Below are positions 10,656 to 21,418 of a stretch of 64,000 nt of DNA, piece after piece. Origin of the DNA: Marispirochaeta sp. (GTDB taxonomy: Bacteria > Spirochaetota > Spirochaetia > JC444 > Marispirochaetaceae); contig CAXXFF010000003.1 in NCBI GenBank assembly GCA_963676835.2, positions 128,001 to 192,000 of the forward strand, read 5' to 3'. The notes under the pieces are model-generated. The model saw only the letters and a program-made list of their open reading frames with translations. It searched no databases and had not been told where the DNA came from. Numbering within the stretch: position 1 is the stretch's first letter; every line of letters starts with the position of its first letter. The position numbers and the translations under genes are program-made.

Positions 10656-10887
10656 AGACCGCCTTACAAGGCTTGAAGAGCTGAGTGAAAAAATACATGA
10701 CCAGGAAACCGGACTTGATGAGGCTATGGCCTGTTTTGAAGAGGGAATAAAGCTGGCGAAAACTCTGGAAAAGGATCTGGCCAAAGTGGAAGGAAAGATC
10801 GAGATTCTGGTAAACCAGCCGGACAAGGCGGAAGATACTCCCGCCATGGAGCTGTTCCCGGATATCGATACAGGCAGCAGGGACTGA
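10642..10887 (+). CDS. xseB: Exodeoxyribonuclease VII small subunit
   Basis: FEDRLTRLEELSEKI...LDEAMACFEEGIKL. GTG start behind GAGGAG, overlapping xseA. Confidence 0.9.
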   Translation: MQKFEDRLTRLEELSEKIHDQETGLDEAMACFEEGIKLAKTLEKDLAKVEGKIEILVNQPDKAEDTPAMELFPDIDTGSRD

Positions 10888-10938
10888 TCTTGCGACTGTC
10901 GGGGATTCTCCGCAGCGTACCCTGATCTTCCGATTCTG

Positions 10939-11448
10939 TTAATTAAGGGGAAGCCCGCCTATCTTGTCTCCCACACTTACTCCTGCAGCAGTAAATGCTC
11001 CGCGATTCATTTCCAGGGCATACCGCAGTGAACGTCTTGATGTAACAGGGCTCTCGTTATGAGGCTCAAGATCATGAATCTCCCGTATGGTGCCGTCAGA
11101 AGAGATATATGCAACGGAAAGTGGTATCTCCGTATTTTTCATCCAGAAACTCAACCGCTGATCCCGGGAAAAGACAAAAAGCATTCCCTGGTTTTCCGGT
11201 AGACTTTTACGCTTCATAAGCCCCTGCGCTCTGGCTTCCGGGCTGTCGGCCACTTCAACTTCAATAAGAGTTTCGCCAAGAGTCAGGGGAATCCGCTCAA
11301 GTGCGGTACAGCCCGGGGGCATTAAAAGCAGCAATAACAGAAAAAGTGCTTTTACAATTGTTTCAAGCTTAAAATCTGGAGAGAAAATCCTCGCGGCTGA
11401 TTTTTTCATACGATGTAAGTGCCTCCCCTTCTTCGGCAAGTCGGTCAA
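10939..11448 (-). CDS. DUF192 family protein
   Basis: EVADSPEARAQGLM, GMLFVF, FWMKNTEIPLS, YALEMNRG. True start probably further downstream. Confidence 0.85.
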   Translation of the reverse strand: MTDLPKKGRHLHRMKKSAARIFSPDFKLETIVKALFLLLLLLMPPGCTALERIPLTLGETLIEVEVADSPEARAQGLMKRKSLPENQGMLFVFSRDQRLSFWMKNTEIPLSVAYISSDGTIREIHDLEPHNESPVTSRRSLRYALEMNRGAFTAAGVSVGDKIGGLPLN

Positions 11449-11929
11449 AAACTTCTGAGTAAATATACCTCAGTGTTACCGGCCGCTCAAGAGAGAGTCG
11501 CATACGTTTATCTTCCCAGAAGGACCGCTGCGGAGAGACATCCTCGGGATTACCGTATTTTTCGGTAAGAGTTGTATACAGCGAGTAGTAGTCAATACGC
11601 CGGGGATCCATAACCAGAACTATTACAAACAGTTCATCCTCCGGACTGAACTGAAACTGAGCAGAAGCAAAGAAGTTTAACCCTTCAACCTCAAGCAGAG
11701 TCCTGTTTTCCCGTTCCAGAAGACTCACATCGGGATCTCCCTGATAATAGAAGGAGTCGTGGCCTTTTAAAATTTCTTTTACCTCTTCAAGGCTCATTCC
11801 AAGGTTTAAATTCTCAAAACCAAAGGGCAAGGCGGTGCCGTCACTGGTTTCCTGGGCACTGAGAAAAGACGCAATCAGCAGAATGAGAATTATAAACACA
11901 CTGCGTTTTCTGATTATCATTGACTCCAC
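11369..11929 (-). CDS. Hypothetical exported protein
   Basis: Signal peptide (SVFIILILLIASFLSAQE), 186 aa. Confidence 0.65.
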   Translation of the reverse strand: MESMIIRKRSVFIILILLIASFLSAQETSDGTALPFGFENLNLGMSLEEVKEILKGHDSFYYQGDPDVSLLERENRTLLEVEGLNFFASAQFQFSPEDELFVIVLVMDPRRIDYYSLYTTLTEKYGNPEDVSPQRSFWEDKRMRLSLERPVTLRYIYSEVFDRLAEEGEALTSYEKISREDFLSRF

Positions 11930-11969
11930 CTGCTCATTATCGACTTATATGCTACACTTCATAACGACC

Positions 11970-12299
11970 ATGATACATGAATCCCCGGAATATAAACTAC
12001 TGCGTTTAATTCGTACCGCACCATTAATATCCGTACAGGATGCTCTTCTGCGGGCACCGGCACGGGAAATTGCAATGTTCCTCATCTCGTTATCGAGGGA
12101 TGAACAGATCGAAATCCTTGCAAAGATTCCTGGAGTAAAAAAGAAAACTGCAGAAAATGAACTTTTATATCAGACACATATACGCAGCACCCGGGCTCAG
12201 CGCCTGGAGATGATTGAGAATCTTACCCGGAGAATCCACGGGGACAATCCTTCTGCCATAGCCAGCTATCTCAGACCATCACTCCGTCGAAAACAGTAA
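11970..12299 (+). CDS. Small protein resembling the FliG C-terminal/ARM region
   Basis: VQDALLRAPAREIAMFL...EQIEILAKIP pattern resembles FliG_C (IQxxLRxVxxxxLAxAL). Weak similarity judged by eye. Confidence 0.4.
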   Translation: MIHESPEYKLLRLIRTAPLISVQDALLRAPAREIAMFLISLSRDEQIEILAKIPGVKKKTAENELLYQTHIRSTRAQRLEMIENLTRRIHGDNPSAIASYLRPSLRRKQ

Positions 12300-12359
12300 A
12301 GAGAGGTGAAAATCAGTACAATCTTGTACTTATACTGAGATCTGCGGTAATCTTGCTCC

Positions 12360-14567
12360 ATGGAACTTTTTGGCCAGACTTCAAATAAATCCTCCCCGGA
12401 AACACCCCTGGCAGACAGAATGCGTCCCCGTAATCTGGATGAATATGCCGGCCAGGACCATATTGTCGGGCCCGGAAGGCTGTTGCGCCGGGTTATCCAG
12501 GCCGATCAGTTAAGTTCCCTGATCTTCTATGGACCGCCTGGGACCGGAAAAACAACCCTTGCCCGGGTTATCGCAGGATCTACAAGCAGCCATTTTATAA
12601 CCCTCAATGCCGTCCTTTCCGGTGTTAAACAGCTGAGGGAGTCTATAGAAGAAGCCAGGCAGAAGCGTCAGTACTATGGCCAGAAAACAATTCTTTTTAT
12701 TGACGAAGTACACCGCTGGAACAAGGCTCAACAGGACGCACTGCTGCCCTGGGTCGAGAACGGCACGGTTGTTCTTATCGGGGCCACCACGGAAAACCCC
12801 TACTTTGAGGTAAACTCCGCCCTGGTAAGCCGAAGCCGTATTTTCCAGCTTAAATCCCTTACCGAGGATGATCTGCGAAAAATTCTTCATTTTACTCTTT
12901 CCGAAAAAGAACGGGGTTACGGGCGGTTCAAGGTAAGTATAGATAAGGAAGCGGAGGATCATCTTGTGCAGGTAGCCTCCGGTGATGCACGAACCCTGCT
13001 TAATGCCCTGGAACTTGCCGTAGAAACTACGCCGGAAAGCTTTCCTCCGCCTGAAGATTCGGAAATACATATAAACCTGGAAACTGCCGAGGAGAGTATT
13101 CAACGCAAAGCTCTTTTATATGATAAAGAGGGTGATTACCATTTTGACACAATCTCTGCGTTCATAAAATCTGTCCGCGGGTCAGATCCGGACGCGGCAT
13201 TGTACTGGATGGCAAGGATGGTCAAAGCCGGGGAAGATCCCCGCTTTATCTTCCGCAGAATGCTGATTTCCGCCTGTGAGGATGTAGGACTTGCCGACCC
13301 CAATGCCCTGGTTGTAGTTGAGGCGGCGGCAGCTGCCTTTGACCGTGTCGGCCTGCCGGAAGGACAGTTTCATCTTACCCATGCTGTTCTCTATCTTGCT
13401 ACGGCACCGAAGTCCAATTCGGCGCTTGGATATTTTGAAGCCCTCCACTCCCTTGAAAGCGAAAAAACCCATGAGGTACCCAATCACCTGCGGGATGCAA
13501 GCAGGGATGCGAAAGGTTTCGGCCATGGTGAAGGGTATAAGTACCCCCATGCTTACCGGGATCACTGGGTGGCACAGGCCTATCTTCCTGCTGATCTTTC
13601 CGGCCGTGTATTTTATTCACCCTCTGATCAGGGCTATGAAGGCAGCCGTAAACCATTACTTGAAAAACGCCGAGAAGAACAGCTTGCAGGTGCTATGGAA
13701 GAACCGCCGGAAATTCTCACCTATTCTCCCGGCGACAAAAGCCGTAAACGATGGGCGGACAGAACAGAAAACGGGGCTGCCGATTTTCAGCGAAGTCTCC
13801 GGGACAAGGTTTTTTCAGCTCTTCCACTGCAGCGCCACTGGAGAATCCTGGACATAGCCCCCGGTTCCGGCATTTTTATGACAGAAGCCCTGCGTTCTGT
13901 ACCGGAAGGACAGGTTGTTGTCTGCGAACCCTCTGAAAAAAAGCGTAATATGCTTATCCATATGGCAGAGCAGCTCAGCCTCTGGGAACAGCCATTGATC
14001 CTGAATGGGTCCTTTCCCGAACCCTTTGAGAACAAAGAAGCGGAATGGTCAAAGTTCGAACTTATTACCGGAAGAGACCTTATGCTGACCTACCCGGACA
14101 GGGAAAAAATGTTTTCTCAAACAGCAGGGCATCTGAAACCCGGCGGATATCTCGCCTTTGCAGACACCGTCCCCTCCGAAGGAATCAGACTTTCGGCAAT
14201 TCTTGAAGAGAGCGGCCTCGATAAGGAAACATTCGGCATGCTGATGGACGGCGAAAACCGGCTCTATGCGGATCCCGACAACAGGCTTACCAACTGGAAC
14301 TCTCAAACGCCTGTTACACTTCTCGAGAATGCCGGTTTTACAGATATTGCAGCGGAAACTGTCACCCACAGCTTTGAGATCGAACTTACACCGAGTTTAT
14401 TGGGCAGCTGGTTTTCTCCCGATAGCGCAAGCTATGCGACAAGACTTACTGCCGCCTGCGGAAAGGATTTTGTACAGTCTATTCAATCCTGGGCCTATGA
14501 AAATATAGCCGGAAGAAGGATTATATGGAAAAGAACCTATCTTCTCTGCAGGGCACAATTTCGCTGA
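12360..14567 (+). CDS. rarA: Replication-associated recombination protein RarA/MgsA (AAA+) with C-terminal SAM-methyltransferase-like domain
   Basis: [53 protein letters not shown]-terminal ILDIAPGSG and LKPGG motifs. Confidence 0.88.
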   Translation: MELFGQTSNKSSPETPLADRMRPRNLDEYAGQDHIVGPGRLLRRVIQADQLSSLIFYGPPGTGKTTLARVIAGSTSSHFITLNAVLSGVKQLRESIEEARQKRQYYGQKTILFIDEVHRWNKAQQDALLPWVENGTVVLIGATTENPYFEVNSALVSRSRIFQLKSLTEDDLRKILHFTLSEKERGYGRFKVSIDKEAEDHLVQVASGDARTLLNALELAVETTPESFPPPEDSEIHINLETAEESIQRKALLYDKEGDYHFDTISAFIKSVRGSDPDAALYWMARMVKAGEDPRFIFRRMLISACEDVGLADPNALVVVEAAAAAFDRVGLPEGQFHLTHAVLYLATAPKSNSALGYFEALHSLESEKTHEVPNHLRDASRDAKGFGHGEGYKYPHAYRDHWVAQAYLPADLSGRVFYSPSDQGYEGSRKPLLEKRREEQLAGAMEEPPEILTYSPGDKSRKRWADRTENGAADFQRSLRDKVFSALPLQRHWRILDIAPGSGIFMTEALRSVPEGQVVVCEPSEKKRNMLIHMAEQLSLWEQPLILNGSFPEPFENKEAEWSKFELITGRDLMLTYPDREKMFSQTAGHLKPGGYLAFADTVPSEGIRLSAILEESGLDKETFGMLMDGENRLYADPDNRLTNWNSQTPVTLLENAGFTDIAAETVTHSFEIELTPSLLGSWFSPDSASYATRLTAACGKDFVQSIQSWAYENIAGRRIIWKRTYLLCRAQFR

Positions 14568-14587
14568 TTCTTTCTTGTCCATATCTA

Positions 14588-14616
14588 TTGACATTTTTCC
14601 ACTAATTAGGCATATT
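14588..14616 (+). promoter_or_regulatory. Sigma70-type promoter for the His-Arg-Lys tRNA cluster
   Basis: TTGACA-17 nt-CATATT just upstream of tRNA-His. Confidence 0.55.
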
Positions 14617-14631
14617 CATCCCCACGTTCAC

Positions 14632-14704
14632 GGTGGGTATAGTTCAGTGGTAGAGCACCTGATTGTGGTTCAGGGTGTCGCGGGTTCAAATCCCGTTACC
14701 CACC
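14632..14704 (+). tRNA. tRNA-His (GTG)
   Basis: Cloverleaf with G-1, anticodon loop TTGTGGT, T-loop GTTCAAATC, C73 discriminator. Confidence 0.95.
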
Positions 14705-14768
14705 CTTGTTTATAACTTCAAGACCTTGTGTGTTCCGCCTACGGAACGGTTTTGCAGTTATTTATTAC

Positions 14769-14842
<74 letters not shown>

Positions 14843-14851
14843 TAAAAACAT

Positions 14852-14924
14852 GGGCCGTTAGCTCAGCTGGCAGAGCAGCAGACTCTTAATCTGCGGGTCG
14901 AAGGTTCGATCCCTTCACGGCTCA
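14852..14924 (+). tRNA. tRNA-Lys (CTT)
   Basis: GGGCCGT acceptor, GCAGA-CTCTTAA-TCTGC anticodon arm. Confidence 0.95.
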
Positions 14925-14972
14925 CTATCGGAAACCTTTAAGAAATCAAATGATAAATTGGTTTTTTTCGGG

Positions 14973-15000
14973 TTGACGAAAAAGGTTTAGTGTGTATAAT
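14973..15000 (+). promoter_or_regulatory. Sigma70-type promoter for tRNA-Leu/tRNA-Gly
   Basis: TTGACG-16 nt-TATAAT, 11 nt upstream of tRNA-Leu. Confidence 0.7.
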
Positions 15001-15011
15001 TGCGAACCATC

Positions 15012-15093
15012 GCGAGAGTGGTGGAATTGGCAGACACGCTAGACTTAGGATCTAGTGCCGCAAGGCGTAAGGGTTCAAGTCCCTTTTCTCGCA
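15012..15093 (+). tRNA. tRNA-Leu (TAG)
   Basis: CTAGA-CTTAGGA-TCTAG anticodon arm, long variable arm GCCGCAAGGC. Confidence 0.95.
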
Positions 15094-15111
15094 TTGGATC
15101 CTGCACTTCGC

Positions 15112-15183
15112 GCGAGAGTAGCTCAGTGGTAGAGCTCCACCTTGCCAAGGTGGATGTCGCGGGTTCAAATCCCGTCTCTCGCT
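15112..15183 (+). tRNA. tRNA-Gly (GCC)
   Basis: CCACC-TTGCCAA-GGTGG anticodon arm, T-loop GTTCAAATC. Confidence 0.95.
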
Positions 15184-15191
15184 TATTTGAT

Positions 15192-15226
15192 AAAGCGATC
15201 TGGTCTGTTCCAGATCGCTTTTTTTG
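15192..15226 (+). terminator. Intrinsic terminator after tRNA-Gly
   Basis: AAAGCGATCTGG-tctgtt-CCAGATCGCTTT followed by a T-run. Confidence 0.85.
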
Positions 15227-15307
15227 TATTTATCCTTTTTTTGTATAACAGTGTATCCCGCGTTTGTGGGCGTCATATTATAGATGTCGGATCGAAGAGG
15301 TTTTAGG

Positions 15308-16657
15308 ATGGTAGCGAACAAGGAAATTGAACGGTTGGAGAAATCCGCAGTTAAACTTACTGTAACAGTAGAAAAAGAGGCAGTAAAGAAAGAATTTAAC
15401 CAGCTGGTTAACAAATACTGCAAATCCGCCCATATCAAGGGATTCCGTAAAGGCAAAGTGCCTGCGGCAATTCTTCTGCAGAAATACGGTGAAAGCATCC
15501 GCTATGAAACATCAATGAAGCTCATTGAGGACAGCCTTAAAGTGCTCTTTGATGAAATCGAAGAAAAACCCCTGGCCTACTCAACTCCCGAGCTTCAGGA
15601 CGAAGCCATTATTGAAGAAGATAAAGAATATACCTATGCGGTGAAATACGATATCTTCCCCGATGTAAAGGTTGGTGAGTACAAGGGACTTACTATTGAA
15701 GAACCGGAAGTAAAAATTGCCAAGAAAGATATTGATGCTGAACTTGAAAAGATTCAGGATCAGAACTCCGTAGTAATGGAAAAAGACGGTGCCGCCGCCA
15801 AAAATGACATTGTTACCGTTGACTACTGCGAACTTGACGAAGAGGGCAATGAAGTAGAAGGCGGCAAACGGGAAGACTTCGTCTTCACCATTGGCACAGG
15901 CTATAACATCTACAAGTTTGACGATGATATCATCGGCATGAAAAAAGACGACGAGAAGGTTATTGAAAAGAGCTTCCCTGAAGACTTTGAAAACAGTGAA
16001 CTTGCGGGCTCAAGCAAAAAAATCAAGGTGCTGGTAAAGGTAGTCAAGGAAAAACAGCTTCCCGCGCTGGATGACGAACTGGCACAGGATGTGAACGAGA
16101 AGTTTGAAACCCTAAAAGACCTCAAAGACGACATTAAAAAGCGTCTTAATGACAGCCTCGACCAGCGGCTCCGGGGTCTGAAAATCGAAGCGCTTCTTGA
16201 TCAGATTGCCGAAAAAACAGAAGTTGAAATCCCCGAGTCCATGGTAAGTGCCGAACTGGATAACTCCTGGCGGAACTTTATGATGCAGTCAAGAATGCCC
16301 GAAGAACAGCTTCTCCAGATTCTTGGAATGCAGGGTAAAGGCAAGGAAGATCTGCAGAACGAATGGCGTGAGGACGCGGTTAAATCCATTAAGCAGCAGC
16401 TTATCATCGGCAAGCTCATCGAAGATGAGAAAATTGAAGTCAGTGATGACGACTACGAGAAAGAGATTGCCGAACAGGCTGAACGCACCGGTATGAGCGT
16501 TGAAGAGACAAAGGAATACATTAAAAATCAGCAGATGGAAGAGTATTTACGCTCCGACTTGAGAAATAAAATACTCTTCGATACACTGATTGGATACTCC
16601 ACAGTGGAAAAGGGTAAAAAACAGTCTTATATAGACGTAATGAATAAAAATAATTAA
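15308..16657 (+). CDS. tig: Trigger factor
   Basis: GFRKGKVP ribosome-binding motif, FKBP-like middle domain, position upstream of clpP. Confidence 0.95.
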   Translation: MVANKEIERLEKSAVKLTVTVEKEAVKKEFNQLVNKYCKSAHIKGFRKGKVPAAILLQKYGESIRYETSMKLIEDSLKVLFDEIEEKPLAYSTPELQDEAIIEEDKEYTYAVKYDIFPDVKVGEYKGLTIEEPEVKIAKKDIDAELEKIQDQNSVVMEKDGAAAKNDIVTVDYCELDEEGNEVEGGKREDFVFTIGTGYNIYKFDDDIIGMKKDDEKVIEKSFPEDFENSELAGSSKKIKVLVKVVKEKQLPALDDELAQDVNEKFETLKDLKDDIKKRLNDSLDQRLRGLKIEALLDQIAEKTEVEIPESMVSAELDNSWRNFMMQSRMPEEQLLQILGMQGKGKEDLQNEWREDAVKSIKQQLIIGKLIEDEKIEVSDDDYEKEIAEQAERTGMSVEETKEYIKNQQMEEYLRSDLRNKILFDTLIGYSTVEKGKKQSYIDVMNKNN

Positions 16658-16710
16658 ATTGTGGGGATAAGCCGATCTTAGGCATAGAGAGCTAAAGGAT
16701 ATAGAGAGAT

Positions 16711-17328
16711 ATGATGAACGAACAGATGAACACCCTTGTCCCTATAGTCGTTGAACAGACCGGAGTGGGAGAACGATCCTACGATATCTTTTCCCGTCTT
16801 CTAAAAGACCGGATTGTCTTTATAGACGGAGAGATCAACGACATAAGCGCCGACCTCGCGGTTGCTCAGCTGCTCTTCCTGGAATCCCAGGATCCTGAGC
16901 GCGATATCAGTCTCTACATCAACAGCCCCGGCGGTTCTGTTACCGCCGGCCTCGCAATTTATGATACAATTCAGCACATCAAGGCCGATGTGCAGACAAT
17001 CTGTCTCGGACAGGCTGCGTCTATGGGTGCCGTTCTGCTTACCTGCGGAACCCCCGGCAAACGCTATGCACTTCCCTCCTCCAGGATACTGATTCACCAG
17101 CCCTGGGGAGGCGTACAGGGGCAGGCTACCGATATAGGTATTCAGGCCCGGGAGATTGTCCGTCTTAAACGTATGCTTATTGAATACTTCAGTCAGCACA
17201 CAGGAAAGGACGTCTCTGTAATAGAAAAAGATCTGGAACGGGATTATTTTATGTCCGCCGCTGAAGCTGTAGAGTACGGCCTGGTAGACAGTGTCCTCGT
17301 GAGAGGTGGAAATGGCAAAAACGCGTAA
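16711..17328 (+). CDS. clpP: ATP-dependent Clp protease proteolytic subunit
   Basis: [35 protein letters not shown]. Confidence 0.97.
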   Translation: MMNEQMNTLVPIVVEQTGVGERSYDIFSRLLKDRIVFIDGEINDISADLAVAQLLFLESQDPERDISLYINSPGGSVTAGLAIYDTIQHIKADVQTICLGQAASMGAVLLTCGTPGKRYALPSSRILIHQPWGGVQGQATDIGIQAREIVRLKRMLIEYFSQHTGKDVSVIEKDLERDYFMSAAEAVEYGLVDSVLVRGGNGKNA

Positions 17329-18553
17329 TGATGGACTGAAAGTCTGCTCTTTCTGCGGAAAAAGCGCGGATATAGCCCGGCGTCTTATCGCCGGTCCCGG
17401 TGTTTTTATCTGTGATGAATGTGTTAACGTATGCAAGAAAATTCTCGACGAGGAAGAAGATGTTCTTACCAATGAGTTCATCGACGAAGTTCCCACCCCG
17501 AAAGAGATAAAAGAATACCTCGACAACTACGTAATAGGACAGGAAATGGCCAAAAAAGTTCTGTCCGTTGCGGTATACAACCACTATCGCCGTATTACCC
17601 ACAAGGGTATTATGGACGATGAGGTTGAACTGGAAAAGGCAAATGTACTTATAACCGGTCCCACCGGAACCGGAAAAACTCTGCTGGCAAAGACTCTGGC
17701 CCGCAAGCTTAAGGTACCGTTTGCCATTGCGGATGCCACAACCCTGACAGAAGCAGGCTACGTTGGAGAAGATGTGGAAAACATCCTTCTCAAGCTTATC
17801 CAGAATGCCGGCAATAATATAGCTGCCGCCGAACGGGGTATTATCTATATCGATGAAATCGATAAAATATCCAGAAAAGGCGAAAACGCTTCCATTACCC
17901 GGGATGTTTCCGGCGAAGGTGTACAGCAGGCTCTCCTCAAGATCATTGAAGGTACCGTTGCCTCCGTCCCTCCACAGGGCGGTCGAAAGCATCCCAACCA
18001 GGAAATGCTCAAGATTGATACAAGCAATATCCTTTTTATCTGCGGTGGTGCTTTTGTGGGACTTGATAAAATTATTGAGTCCAGAACAATGGAACATCCC
18101 ATGGGATTCGGCGCTGATGTCCGGGCTTCGGCCGAAAAGAATCTGGCTGACCTGTATCAGAAACTTCATCCGGATGATCTGGTAAAATTCGGACTTATCC
18201 CCGAGTTTATCGGGCGTCTGCCTATCGCAGTTAACCTTACCAATCTGGAAAAGGCAGATCTTACCCGCATAATCACTGAGCCGAAAAACTCCATCGTAAA
18301 ACAGTATCAGGCCCTGATGAAACTTGACGGAGTTGATCTTATATTTACCGATGAAGCCATCGAAAGTATTGCCCAGCAGGCCCTTGACCGGAAAACCGGT
18401 GCCCGTGGATTACGGTCTATTGTGGAAAATACCATGATGGAAATCATGTATGATATTCCTTCTATTGAAGGTGAGAAGAAAGTTATTATTACCGGGGATG
18501 TTATTCGTAACGGCGAAAAACCGGAAATTATTTTAGACAAAAAGAGCGCATGA
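17312..18553 (+). CDS. clpX: ATP-dependent Clp protease ATP-binding subunit ClpX
   Basis: CSFCGK...ICDECV zinc finger, [34 protein letters not shown]. Confidence 0.97.
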   Translation: MAKTRNDGLKVCSFCGKSADIARRLIAGPGVFICDECVNVCKKILDEEEDVLTNEFIDEVPTPKEIKEYLDNYVIGQEMAKKVLSVAVYNHYRRITHKGIMDDEVELEKANVLITGPTGTGKTLLAKTLARKLKVPFAIADATTLTEAGYVGEDVENILLKLIQNAGNNIAAAERGIIYIDEIDKISRKGENASITRDVSGEGVQQALLKIIEGTVASVPPQGGRKHPNQEMLKIDTSNILFICGGAFVGLDKIIESRTMEHPMGFGADVRASAEKNLADLYQKLHPDDLVKFGLIPEFIGRLPIAVNLTNLEKADLTRIITEPKNSIVKQYQALMKLDGVDLIFTDEAIESIAQQALDRKTGARGLRSIVENTMMEIMYDIPSIEGEKKVIITGDVIRNGEKPEIILDKKSA

Positions 18554-20919
18554 AGCTGACAAAATTACCTATATTCTCTGCAAAGCAGGAGCTCCCTCTT
18601 ATACCAATGAGGGAGCTTGTTGTTTTCCCGCACATGGTTATACCTTTTTTTGCGGAAAAGGGCCCGAAAAACAAAGCCCTCGAAGCCGCCATGGCGGCGG
18701 ACCGGATGGTCTTTTTTGCCTATCAGAAAAACCTGAATGAACCGCCATCCATGGAGGATTTTTACGAAACCGGTACGGTTGCAAAGATTCTTCAAATGCT
18801 CAAACTGCCGGACGGTACGGTAAGGGTTCTTGCGGAAGGTAAAGGACGGGCAAAACTCAATAAGGTTATTGACCGCAAGGGCTTTATGGCCGCTGCTTTT
18901 AACCAGTATGATATTCCCCGGGAACTCAACCCTACCCTTACAGCCCTTATGAACACCGTAAAGGAATCCTTTGGGACTTATGGGACTATCAACAAAAAAA
19001 TCCCCAAGGAAGCCCAGGATGATATACGCAAGGCAGAATACCCGGAAAAACTGGTTGATCAGATCTGCGCTCACGTACCGCTGAGAATAGAGAAGAAGAT
19101 TGAAATACTCTCATCAATTAATCCCGAAGAGCGCCTGGAGCTTCTGGCAGTAGCCCTTGAAGGGGAAAATCAGGTTCTGCAGATTCAGAACAGAATTACC
19201 AGCAAAGTCAAAAAGAAAATGGAACGCAATCAGCGTGAATATTTTCTTAATGAACAGCTTAAGGAAATAAATAAAGAGCTGGGCAAGGAAGAAGGTGATG
19301 CTTCCGGTACCCGGGACCTTCTGAACCGCATAGAAGACCGGAATCCACCTAAAGAGGTGTTTGAAAAAGCTCAGAAAGAGATGGCCCGGCTGAATAAACT
19401 TCAGCCCATGTCTCCCGAATCCGGAGTACTGCGCACCTACCTTGAGTGGCTTGCAGACCTTCCCTGGAGCACCCATTCCGATGACAACAAAGACATAGAC
19501 GAAGCCGCCCGGATCCTTGATGAAGATCATTTTAATATGAAAAAGCCCAAGGAACGGATTCTTGATTTTATTGCCGTACGGCAGCTTAATCCCTGGCTGA
19601 AAGGGCCAATTCTCTGTTTTGTGGGCCCTCCCGGTACAGGTAAAACATCTCTGGGAAAATCAGTTGCCAGAGCCCTTAACCGTGAGTTTGTCCGGATATC
19701 CCTTGGCGGTGTCCGGGACGAAGCGGAAATTCGTGGTCACCGCAAAACATATGTCGGTGCCCTTCCGGGAAAAATTATTCAGGGAATGAAGCGGGCCAAT
19801 AATATTAACCCTGTTTTTCTCCTGGACGAGATAGACAAACTCAACTCGGATTTCCGTGGTGACCCTGCATCCGCCATGCTTGAGGTGCTCGATCCTGAGC
19901 AGAATAACTCCTTTGTGGATCATTATCTGGAGGTCCCCTACGATCTTTCAGAGGTAATGTTTATTACCACCGCAAACTCAACCCATTCCATTCCCTATCC
20001 TCTCCTGGACAGGATGGAGATTATAGAAGTTCCGGGATATTCGGACTATGAAAAGGTAGAGATTGCCAAACGCTTTATTCTTCCCAAGCAGCAGGAAGAA
20101 AACGGCCTTTCCTGGGCGGATGTAAAAATTCAGGATAAAGCCCTGATTGAAATAATAAACTCCTACACCATGGAATCCGGTGTGCGTAACCTGGAAAGAG
20201 AAATTGCCACAGTAATCCGCAAAACCGCAAGAGAGGCGGTTAAACAGGGCTTCACCGACGATGAAAAACGGGAGAGCGATAATTTCTCTGCTCAGATCAC
20301 CCCTAAAAAGGTGCAGGATTATCTCGGCCAGCCTAAATATCAGAAAAACCTCCTGCATAAGGAGCGGAAACCGGGGATTGCCCTTGGATTAGCCTGGACA
20401 GAGATGGGCGGAACCATGCTGCCCGTTGAAGTCGGGGTATTTGAAGGCGGCGGAGAATTAATCCTGACCGGAAGTCTCGGAGATGTTATGAAAGAGTCCG
20501 CCAGAGCTGCCCTCTCCTTTTTGCGGACCCATGCCGAAGAACTTGGACTGTCCAGTGATTTCAGTAAAAAGAAAGATATACATATTCATGTTCCGGAAGG
20601 AGCTATTCCAAAAGATGGTCCATCCGCTGGAATTACCCTGACATCAGCCATGCTGAGCGCTTTTACCGGAAACCTTATCCGTGAAGGTATTGCCATGACC
20701 GGAGAAATCACCCTTACCGGACTTATTCTGCCCATCGGAGGTGTAAAAGAGAAGGTACTTGCTGCATACCGTAATGATATGTCGGAAGTGTTGCTGCCTG
20801 AAGGCAACCGTAAGGATTCTCTGGATTTGCCGAAAGAAGTTACAGGCAAAATCAATCTGCGCTATGCATCTGGAATTCATGAGGCATTGAGCATTCTCTT
20901 CGAAGAGTATAACCTGTAA
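18550..20919 (+). CDS. lon: Lon protease
   Basis: [27 protein letters not shown] (catalytic Ser), GGVKEK. Confidence 0.97.
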   Translation: MKLTKLPIFSAKQELPLIPMRELVVFPHMVIPFFAEKGPKNKALEAAMAADRMVFFAYQKNLNEPPSMEDFYETGTVAKILQMLKLPDGTVRVLAEGKGRAKLNKVIDRKGFMAAAFNQYDIPRELNPTLTALMNTVKESFGTYGTINKKIPKEAQDDIRKAEYPEKLVDQICAHVPLRIEKKIEILSSINPEERLELLAVALEGENQVLQIQNRITSKVKKKMERNQREYFLNEQLKEINKELGKEEGDASGTRDLLNRIEDRNPPKEVFEKAQKEMARLNKLQPMSPESGVLRTYLEWLADLPWSTHSDDNKDIDEAARILDEDHFNMKKPKERILDFIAVRQLNPWLKGPILCFVGPPGTGKTSLGKSVARALNREFVRISLGGVRDEAEIRGHRKTYVGALPGKIIQGMKRANNINPVFLLDEIDKLNSDFRGDPASAMLEVLDPEQNNSFVDHYLEVPYDLSEVMFITTANSTHSIPYPLLDRMEIIEVPGYSDYEKVEIAKRFILPKQQEENGLSWADVKIQDKALIEIINSYTMESGVRNLEREIATVIRKTAREAVKQGFTDDEKRESDNFSAQITPKKVQDYLGQPKYQKNLLHKERKPGIALGLAWTEMGGTMLPVEVGVFEGGGELILTGSLGDVMKESARAALSFLRTHAEELGLSSDFSKKKDIHIHVPEGAIPKDGPSAGITLTSAMLSAFTGNLIREGIAMTGEITLTGLILPIGGVKEKVLAAYRNDMSEVLLPEGNRKDSLDLPKEVTGKINLRYASGIHEALSILFEEYNL

Positions 20920-20989
20920 GAATAAGGTTTTACGCTTGATTTTAAACGAGACGGCTATATATAATGTGTAAAGAACAGGAGGTTCAATT

Positions 20990-21409
20990 GTGAAAATTCG
21001 AATCATTCCCGTAATCGCTGCATTACTGCTTATAGGATGCGCAGTATCACTTGCAGCCGATGAATCAGGATACTTCTTCAAAAGCATACCAATCACAAAG
21101 GTATACTCTCACCGGGATGGTTACCGTATCATCTACCGCCGCAGTAACATGCAGCTTGCAGAACTGTATCTGCCGGATAACTGGTTTCAGTTTGAAGAAG
21201 GACAGGGCATGCGGGGTAAAGCCGAGATAGTGATGGCCGACGATCCTTCATATCCATACATGTCTATTTTCTGGAAGGACGGAGCTTTTGACCATATCCG
21301 TGTGTATCTCCGGGAAAACAAGAATGATTTCACCTGGGGCAATCTCGATAATCCCGAAAACTACACTGACAAGTTCAATGTAGAAACTCTGGATAATATT
21401 CTTTTTTAA
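20990..21409 (+). CDS. Hypothetical exported protein
   Basis: Signal peptide. GTG start behind AGGAGG. Confidence 0.7.
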   Translation: MKIRIIPVIAALLLIGCAVSLAADESGYFFKSIPITKVYSHRDGYRIIYRRSNMQLAELYLPDNWFQFEEGQGMRGKAEIVMADDPSYPYMSIFWKDGAFDHIRVYLRENKNDFTWGNLDNPENYTDKFNVETLDNILF

Positions 21410-21418
21410 ATCGTCCAC

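Noticed and set aside
15000..15498. ORFs 15000-15248 (+) and 15052-15498 (-)
   Set aside because: They overlap tRNA-Leu/tRNA-Gly and tig, so they are spurious translations.
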